Shown here: positions 52,519-57,406 of the stretch, piece by piece
How positions within the stretch are numbered: the stretch's first letter is position 1
How the letters are laid out: each line of letters begins with the position of its first letter
From: Candidatus Obscuribacterales bacterium
GTDB taxonomy: Bacteria; Cyanobacteriota; Vampirovibrionia; Obscuribacterales; Obscuribacteraceae
NCBI GenBank assembly: GCA_965228855.1
Contig: CBDDIJ010000003.1
Span: forward strand, 672,001 to 736,000
DNA: 64,000 bases
Direction: 5' to 3'
Program-made: the position numbers and the translations under genes
The notes under the pieces: generated by a model
What the model was told of the DNA's origin: nothing
Seen by the model: only the letters and a program-made list of their open reading frames with translations
The model's database searches: none

Positions 52519-52600
52519 GGAGCAGACAGGAGTTGAACCTGTAACCCTTGCAGGCAGACGGTTTAGCAAACCGCTTCCTCGACCGTGTCGGACCTGCTCC
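52519..52600 (-). tRNA. tRNA-Ser(GCT)
   Basis: GGAGCAG/CUGCUCC; GCGGU-UUGCUAA-ACCGU; V-arm. Confidence 0.88.
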
Positions 52601-52604
52601 AAAG

Positions 52605-52785
52605 TCGCATCGTCACCAGCCAATCACTAGTATTGAATCTGGTGCTTCTCAGGGAATGGTGACCATGCGGCGTCCGGTGAAGACGCCGCGGGCGAGCAGA
52701 CGATGCGAGCTACTCGCGGTCACCTATATGACGGAGTCTAAGCATTTCCAGCGCACAGGCGGAAGAGGTTTCCGCCTGACCGCGA
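52605..52785 (-). ncRNA. Two adjacent structured RNA domains of unknown class
   Basis: UCGCGGUCA/UGACCGCGA and UCGCAUCGUC/GACGAUGCGA closing stems with internal hairpins. Confidence 0.5.
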
Positions 52786-52827
52786 CAGGTTTGATACCAC
52801 AAATATAAATGCTGACTCGGTCTAAAA

Positions 52828-52902
52828 TGGCTGCACAGGCAGGGGTCGAACCTGCGACAAATCGGTTAACAGCCGATTGTTCTGCCGCTGAACTACTGTG
52901 CA
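52828..52902 (-). tRNA. tRNA-Asn(GTT)
   Basis: AUCGG-CUGUUAA-CCGAU; CCA encoded. Confidence 0.92.
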
Positions 52903-52906
52903 ATAA

Positions 52907-52987
52907 GGAAGCAGAGGGACTCGAACCCCCAAACCTTGACGGCCAACTGTTTTCAAGACAGCGTCCTCATCCAGCCGGGTTGCTTCC
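52907..52987 (-). tRNA. tRNA-Ser(TGA)
   Basis: GCUGU-CUUGAAA-ACAGU; V-arm. Confidence 0.88.
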
Positions 52988-53047
52988 GAGTGATACCGAA
53001 AATGATTTCGGTATCGCCGATAGTGCTTGCGAGCACGCTCGACATAA

Positions 53048-53119
53048 GCCGTTGACAGGAGTTGAACCTGCAACCTACTGTTTACAAGACAGCAGCTCTA
53101 CCAATTGAGCCACAACGGC
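53048..53119 (-). tRNA. tRNA-Thr(TGT)
   Basis: GCUGU-CUUGUAA-ACAGU. Confidence 0.92.
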
Positions 53120-53120
53120 A

Positions 53121-53195
53121 TGGAACCGCATCCAGGATTCGAACCTGGGCGCAAAGGTTTAGAAAACCATCGCTCTTCCGCTGAGCTAATGCGGT
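53121..53195 (-). tRNA. tRNA-Arg(TCT)
   Basis: UUUCUAA loop; CCA encoded. Confidence 0.88.
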
Positions 53196-53196
53196 A

Positions 53197-53290
53197 TGGT
53201 ACCAGTGGTAGGGCTCGAACCTACAACCTTGCGCTAATCGGGCGCTCAACCGAGTATAAATCGGCCGCTCTGCCATTGAGCTACACTGGT
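53197..53290 (-). tRNA. tRNA-Ile(TAT) with 24-nt extra arm
   Basis: GCCGA-UUUAUAC-UCGGU; extra arm GCGC-CCGAUUA-GCGC; ACCA end. Confidence 0.8.
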
Positions 53291-53320
53291 TCGTTTGTGA
53301 ACTAATTTAAGTAGCGAAGA

Positions 53321-53392
53321 TGGAGGCAGTAGGAATCGAACCCACTTAATGCTGGTTAAAAGCCAGATGCATAGCCACTCTGCCATACCTCC
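53321..53392 (-). tRNA. tRNA-Lys(TTT)
   Basis: CUGG-CUUUUAA-CCAG. Confidence 0.88.
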
Positions 53393-53509
53393 TAGCGTTG
53401 ATTCTCATCGACGCTATGCGTTTTGAACTCATATTGGAACCTCCGATGATGGAGCATGACCGTTTTTCAACGACCATGCTCCGAGACGCAAACTTGTTTC
53501 CGAAGTAAT

Positions 53510-53584
53510 TGGGAGCACTGACGAGAATCGAACTCGCATTTGCGGAGTGAAAGTCCACCTTCCTAACCATTAGAAGACAGTGCC
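53510..53584 (-). tRNA. tRNA-Glu(TTC)
   Basis: GUGGA-CUUUCAC-UCCGC; CCA encoded. Confidence 0.88.
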
Positions 53585-53616
53585 GTAGAACCGCTTTTGA
53601 AGCGGAGTTGTAATCA

Positions 53617-53688
53617 ACCCTTGTCAGGACTTGAACCTGAACGCTACTGGATCGGAACCAGTTGCTCTTCCGTTTGAGCTACAAGGGC
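53617..53688 (-). tRNA. tRNA-Arg(CCG)
   Basis: ACUGG-UUCCGAU-CCAGU. Confidence 0.88.
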
Positions 53689-53692
53689 ATGG

Positions 53693-53820
53693 GCCGTACG
53701 AGTTGGAGATACGAGTTTTTTACATCCCCATGTAGCGGGGATGATTGGAGTTGAACCAATTAGATTTGTGTTGGAGACAAATGTTTTACCGTGTGTAAGT
53801 ATCTTCTGTTAGAGTACGGC
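53693..53820 (-). ncRNA. Y-RNA-like RNA 1 (circularly permuted tRNA-Trp cargo)
   Basis: GCCGUAC-UCUAAC...CAAC-UC-GUACGGC handle; anticodon arm (CCA), T arm, loop-closed acceptor stem. Confidence 0.7.
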
Positions 53821-53829
53821 GGAAATTTG

Positions 53830-53898
53830 TTCGTGCAAGTCGTTGATGCGAAGCTAAGCTCGTTCAAAGAGTGTATGCATCAACTGTCGGAGCACGAA
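53830..53898 (-). ncRNA. Y-RNA-like RNA 2 (minimal)
   Basis: UUCGUGC-UCCGAC-A-GUUGAUGC...GCAUCAAC-GAC-UU-GCACGAA. Confidence 0.68.
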
Positions 53899-53901
53899 AC
53901 A

Positions 53902-53988
53902 TGGTCGGCGGGGCACGGATTTGAACCTGCGAAGTCTTGAGACGCGTGGGTTACGGCCACGCTGCTTTGGCCACTTGCATACCCGCCG
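53902..53988 (-). tRNA. tRNA-Tyr(GTA), C1-G72, C33
   Basis: CGGCGGG/CCCGCCG-ACCA; CGUGG-CCGUAAC-CCACG; V-arm; bulged T stem. Confidence 0.82.
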
Positions 53989-54061
53989 GTACTGTTTGCG
54001 TTCTGAATCGGGGCGATACCAGAGTGGTATCACCGTGATACCAGACTGGTGTCATCAATGA

Positions 54062-54132
54062 AGTCCCTTGCAGGAATTGCACCTGCATAAACTGATTTGC
54101 AGTCAGTCACCTTGCTATTCGGACAAAGGGAC
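54062..54132 (-). tRNA. tRNA-Cys(GCA)
   Basis: ACUGA-CUGCAAA-UCAGU; U73. Confidence 0.88.
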
Positions 54133-54133
54133 G

Positions 54134-54207
54134 TGGAGCCTATCATCGGACTCGAACCGATACCCCTAGCATGGCTCGCTAGGATTCTGCCTTTATACTA
54201 GATAGGC
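54134..54207 (-). tRNA. tRNA-Gly(GCC) with atypical anticodon loop
   Basis: CUAGC-GAGCCAU-GCUAG; UCCA end. Confidence 0.75.
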
Positions 54208-54208
54208 G

Positions 54209-54283
54209 TGGTTGCCGCAGAAGGATTTGCACCTACACTTGCTCACTTATCGGGTGAGTACTCTGCTGTTAAGTTATGCGGCA
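54209..54283 (-). tRNA. tRNA-Ile(GAT), C33
   Basis: CUCAC-CCGAUAA-GUGAG; ACCA end. Confidence 0.82.
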
Positions 54284-54284
54284 C

Positions 54285-54369
54285 TGGTGGAGGCAGTAGG
54301 AATCGAACCCACGTTGGTTTTGAAACCTCTGGTTAAGAGCCAGGTGCATAGCCATTCTGCCATGCCTCC
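54285..54369 (-). tRNA. tRNA-Lys(CTT) with variable arm
   Basis: CUGG-CUCUUAA-CCAG; GGUU-UCAA-AACC extra arm; ACCA. Confidence 0.82.
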
Positions 54370-54370
54370 A

Positions 54371-54562
54371 GGACGAGCGACATCGAGAACGGTTTCATGT
54401 TGCACATAGAAACCTCATCGTGCAGTTAGTCAGCTCGTTTCTGTTCTTGCACCACAGATGGTTTCGTTCATAAGACAGTCCCTTAGAACCGTTTTTTGCG
54501 AACCACATCTGGTGCTCGATGTTTTAGACGTCACCCGGCGCCTGATAGCGCCTGCGGTGCTC
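54371..54562 (-). ncRNA. Structured RNA of unknown class
   Basis: AACAUCGAG/CUCGAUGUC closing stem, GCACCAGAUG/CAUCUGUGGUGC arm. Confidence 0.5.
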
Positions 54563-54567
54563 TTAAT

Positions 54568-54642
54568 TGGAACCCTTGTCAGGATTCGAACCTGAAGCCT
54601 ACTGGTTCGTAGCCAGTTGCTCTTCCTTTAAGCTACAAGGGC
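54568..54642 (-). tRNA. tRNA-Arg(ACG)
   Basis: ACUGG-CUACGAA-CCAGU; CCA encoded. Confidence 0.92.
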
Positions 54643-54683
54643 GCATGCCTGCTTATGGTTATGACACCGCAAGTAGGCGGTCA

Positions 54684-54899
54684 ACCGTGCAAGTTGAAGT
54701 TACGGATCATCGCGTTTTACCGTTGCTCGAAATCTAGCCCAGTCCGCACTTACGCGTTGTTTAAATGATGGCTGCTTAAAGCCTACATCCTGGGTTTCTG
54801 ACGACTCCTCACAATCTCATTGCCATTTGAAACGACGGTTGGCTTAGCCAACTAGCCTCCTCTCGTACTGCTTGTATGTATCTTGGGTTGGGGCACGGT
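54684..54899 (-). ncRNA. Y-RNA-like RNA 3 (23S sarcin-ricin loop plus H43/H44 mimic)
   Basis: ACCGUGC-CCCAAC...CAAC-UU-GCACGGU handle; AGUACGAGAGGA; CCAGGAUGUAGGCUUUAAGCAGCCAUCAUUUAAACAACGCGUAAGUGCGGACUGG. Confidence 0.8.
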
Positions 54900-54903
54900 C
54901 GCT

Positions 54904-54973
54904 TGCTCACCATCGGAATCGAACCGATTTCTCCATCCGGCGAGATGGATTTCTGCCATTGAATTAGGCGAGC
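54904..54973 (-). tRNA. tRNA-like gene, anticodon undetermined (GCC or CGC)
   Basis: GCUCGCC/GGUGAGC; intact T arm; anticodon loop of 6 or 8 nt. Confidence 0.6.
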
Positions 54974-54977
54974 ACAT

Positions 54978-55110
54978 AAACCGTACGAGTCGCGCTTGCA
55001 GGTGGGGCTTTACATTTCGCAGCCGTGAATTCCAGTTCCGGCAAGACACCCACAGTTACGTTTGTTTATTTGTTTGTGGATTGTAAGCAATCGCTGTTGG
55101 AGTACGGTTT
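54978..55110 (-). ncRNA. Y-RNA-like RNA 4 (A/C-rich strand plus GUGGG/CCCAC domain)
   Basis: AAACCGUAC-UCCAAC...CGAC-UC-GUACGGUUU handle. Confidence 0.68.
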
Positions 55111-55114
55111 TATA

Positions 55115-55185
55115 TTGCCGCAGCAGGTCTTGCACCTGCACGTGTCGGTTTATTCAACAAACACTCTGCGTTGATTTACACGGCA
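55115..55185 (-). pseudogene. Degenerate tRNA, probably Ile(AAT), related to the Ile(GAT) gene
   Basis: UGCCGUG/UGCGGCA; GCAGG-UGCAAGA-CCUGC; weak D and anticodon stems. Confidence 0.5.
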
Positions 55186-55186
55186 T

Positions 55187-55261
55187 TGGTACCCGATGAA
55201 GGACTTGAACCTTCAACCCGCTCTTTGTAAGAGAGACGCTCTACCATTGAGCTAACCGGGT
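55187..55261 (-). tRNA. tRNA-Val(TAC)
   Basis: CUCU-CUUACAA-AGAG; ACCA. Confidence 0.92.
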
Positions 55262-55262
55262 A

Positions 55263-55339
55263 TGGTGCTTAGGGTCGGGGTCGAACCAACAACGCGCAGG
55301 GCTTCAACCTGCCGCTCTACCACTTGGAGCTACCTAAGC
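55263..55339 (-). tRNA. tRNA-Phe(GAA)
   Basis: GCAGG-UUGAAGC-CCUGC; ACCA. Confidence 0.9.
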
Positions 55340-55340
55340 A

Positions 55341-55417
55341 TGGTGCTTCTGGAAGGAGTCGAACCTTCAGACTTCTGTTTTTGAAACAGATGCATGTACC
55401 GATTCTGCTACAGAAGC
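55341..55417 (-). tRNA. tRNA-Leu(CAA) without variable arm
   Basis: UCUGU-UUCAAAA-ACAGA; 5-nt variable loop; ACCA. Confidence 0.85.
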
Positions 55418-55422
55418 ATGTG

Positions 55423-55540
55423 GCCGTACGAGTCGAGGTGCAGTGTAGTTCACGGAGGAATCGAACCTCCAACTTCTGATTAATAGTCAGATACTCTTAC
55501 CGTTTGAGTTAGTGTGTATGCACGTCTGTGTGAGTACGGC
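55423..55540 (-). ncRNA. Y-RNA-like RNA 5 (tRNA-Asn(AUU)-like cargo)
   Basis: GCCGUAC-UCACAC...CGAC-UC-GUACGGC handle enclosing D, anticodon (UCUGA-CUAUUAA-UCAGA) and T arms. Confidence 0.72.
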
Positions 55541-55547
55541 GCAGTTA

Positions 55548-55620
55548 TGGAGACGATCGGAGTTGAACCGACAACCTTCTCGTTGCAGGCGAGGTGCTCT
55601 ACCAGTTGAGCTAAGTCCCC
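55548..55620 (-). tRNA. tRNA-Ala(TGC), C33
   Basis: G3:U70; CUCG-CCUGCAA-CGAG. Confidence 0.88.
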
Positions 55621-55624
55621 AGGT

Positions 55625-55728
55625 GGAGCCGATCTTGGCGTTTCGAGATTGCGATGAAGACCCTCCGAGTTTGCGCCGGCAATGCGCTCGATCTTCGCAG
55701 AGAAAAAATCGTCGAAACAATCGGCTCC
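55625..55728 (-). ncRNA. Long irregular hairpin RNA
   Basis: GGAGCCGAU/AUCGGCUCC, GUUUCGA/UCGAAAC and further nested stems. Confidence 0.5.
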
Positions 55729-55734
55729 TGGTAC

Positions 55735-55810
55735 TGGTCGCAGAGACCGGATTCGAACCGGTAATTTACAGGTTATGAGCCTGCCGTGTTAACCGTTACA
55801 CTACTCTGCT
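55735..55810 (-). tRNA. tRNA-Met(CAT), 1-72 mismatch (initiator-like)
   Basis: GCAGG-CUCAUAA-CCUGU; A1xG72; ACCA. Confidence 0.85.
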
Positions 55811-55823
55811 AAATTTGAACATT

Positions 55824-55897
55824 TGCTTCTGGAAGGATTCGAACCTTCAGACCTCCGGGTTTAAGTCGGATGCATGTGCCGATTCTGCTACAGAAGC
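55824..55897 (-). tRNA. tRNA-Leu(TAA) without variable arm
   Basis: CUUAAAC loop; near-copy of the Leu(CAA) body. Confidence 0.82.
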
Positions 55898-55898
55898 G

Positions 55899-55973
55899 TG
55901 GCGCATCCCCTAGGATTTGAACCCAGATCGAACGAGTTTGGAGCTCGTCATGTTGCCGTTACACCAGGGATAC
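55899..55973 (-). tRNA. tRNA-Trp(CCA)
   Basis: ACGAG-CUCCAAA-CUCGU; GCCA end. Confidence 0.92.
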
Positions 55974-55978
55974 GGGTT

Positions 55979-56134
55979 GAGTGAGTTAAGCACGAGCCTT
56001 CGGTCTGGGTTATGTGAACTGCAACTGAATCTGATTTTCAGCTGCTGGAACCATTTGCTATCACGATTCCGTCGGCTCCGTGTTGGGTCACGACGCCTGC
56101 TCGATCACGAACCAAAACTCGTGCTCAACCACTC
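55979..56134 (-). ncRNA. Multibranch structured RNA of unknown class
   Basis: GAGUGGUUGAGCACGAG/CUCGUGCUUAACUCACUC closing stem plus three internal hairpins. Confidence 0.55.
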
Positions 56135-56270
56135 GAATGTTTTTTTGCGGATTCAATTTTCAGTGTGCGATTCGTCGAGGAGTCACGCAAGAGCGCAGAG
56201 AAACAGGCCTGTTCACTACTGCGAAGGCGCTTCAAGACTATTTTTTTGTTCGCGAAAATCCAGAACTAAT

Positions 56271-56303
56271 AACAAAAAAGCCTGGGCTTTTCGACCCAGG
56301 CTT
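56271..56303 (-). terminator. Attenuator terminator 5' of the RNA array
   Basis: AAGCCUGGGU-CGAAAA-GCCCAGGCUU-UUUUGUU. Confidence 0.85.
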
Positions 56304-56325
56304 GCGAATGAGAAACGACTCTACG

Positions 56326-56454
56326 TCAGATCACACCTGGGCTATATTTATTCGTCGCGCCTGCTGTCCACAGTTCGCGACCGAGTATCTCGGCCGGTTT
56401 CCCGACGGACATGCGATTCTCGCAACTTAAATGTCTATATGATCTAAACGACAT
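56326..56454 (-). CDS. 42-aa leader peptide of the RNA array
   Basis: GGAGA RBS; last codons contain AGCCCAGG, complementary to the terminator 5' strand. Confidence 0.7.
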   Translation of the reverse strand: MSFRSYRHLSCENRMSVGKPAEILGRELWTAGATNKYSPGVI

Positions 56455-56521
56455 TTCGTGTTTCTCCATTCGCCGCCGAATTCGATACTTAATCGAATCG
56501 ATTTTTCGGTCGACACTAACA

Positions 56522-56550
56522 ATCCTACCATGCACCTTCCGAAATTACAC
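56522..56550 (-). promoter_or_regulatory. Candidate promoter for leader plus array
   Basis: GTGTAA-17 nt-TAGGAT with TG extension. Confidence 0.35.
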
Positions 56551-56854
56551 GGGGAAGTTTCAACTTTTAATCTTTGATTCGCGCTTACCATGCGGTTTTC
56601 CGCATATAAGAGTAAAAGAGTAATAAATAAACATGGAGAAGATGAAGATGTGGTGCGTTCTTAACGCTCACCAGATCCTCGGTCATGATTAAGTGCTTGT
56701 AGCACAGTCTCGTGTTTAGGTAATCAAAACATGTAATCGCTGAGCTTCTATCATGAACTTTAGAGGCCTTACTTTAATCAAAAGCCTATAGATCAATAGA
56801 TCCACATTTCAAGCTATTGAGATAACATAGAAGAAGGTAAATATTGGAGACGCT

Positions 56855-57124
56855 ATGTCAAAGGTTGTCTATTCTGATCGCCATCTGACCGACAACGGCT
56901 GGGTAACGGGGACCGAGCGTTGGGATGACGGAACACTTAAACTGGTAAATCCGCCATCCGACACAGCTATGACTGTTCGCTACTCTGTGCCCATGCATAG
57001 GCCTCCATACATAACGACCCAGTGGAAGACGGATCGCGACGAGTATCTGCAGGAACTCGTTCAGAAGTTTGGTGAATTGCCAAACGACCTGCAGATCGTT
57101 GAGAACACTGCGGGCGATAATTAA
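56855..57124 (+). CDS. Hypothetical protein
   Basis: GGAGA RBS, 89-aa ORF. Confidence 0.6.
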   Translation: MSKVVYSDRHLTDNGWVTGTERWDDGTLKLVNPPSDTAMTVRYSVPMHRPPYITTQWKTDRDEYLQELVQKFGELPNDLQIVENTAGDN

Positions 57125-57406
57125 CTGCGAAGCGGCGCTCGATTTTTCAATTAGTCGATAAATATCTGAAGATCATGTAGATGAGATCTCAGAGGGACTC
57201 TGAGATTTGAGCCGCGGTTTTTTTTGGTTTTCAGTGCCACTATATGTGGTGTTTGGCCTTTCGGAAGCCTGTATGGAACGACGCTAAAATTTGCAGATCG
57301 ACGCAAGCACTTGAGGTGGTTTGTCAACGAGTGAGCGTCGGAATTTGTGAAAACCGTCGCTCTGGGATTGACAGGGCGGGTCTAGAATCGATTTGTCTAA
57401 CGGTCG

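Noticed and set aside
52620..52660. TPP riboswitch or hammerhead from CUGAGAAG
   Set aside because: The remaining core motifs are absent
52907..52987. tRNA-Sec
   Set aside because: Anticodon is UGA (Ser), not UCA, with a 7-bp acceptor stem
53197..53290. Intron-containing tRNA
   Set aside because: The insert is in the variable region and far too short for a self-splicing intron
54684..54899. 23S rRNA pseudogene fragment
   Set aside because: SRL precedes the GTPase-centre module (reverse of 23S order), intervening rRNA is absent, changes are compensatory and the whole is enclosed by the shared handle
53693..55540. CRISPR array or REP repeats from the ccgtacgagt copies
   Set aside because: They are paired inverted arms with variable interiors and irregular spacing; no cas genes
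55979..56134. 6S RNA, or rRNA mimic via CGUCGUGA and CCAGCAGC
   Set aside because: Multibranch rather than rod-with-bubble; 8-mer matches are at chance level
52548..56447. Many short ORFs in the track over the array
   Set aside because: Shadows of tRNA/ncRNA genes; only the 56326-56454 leader has an RBS and mechanistic context
52500..57200. Prophage or integrative element carrying the array
   Set aside because: No integrase, phage genes or flanking att repeats seen
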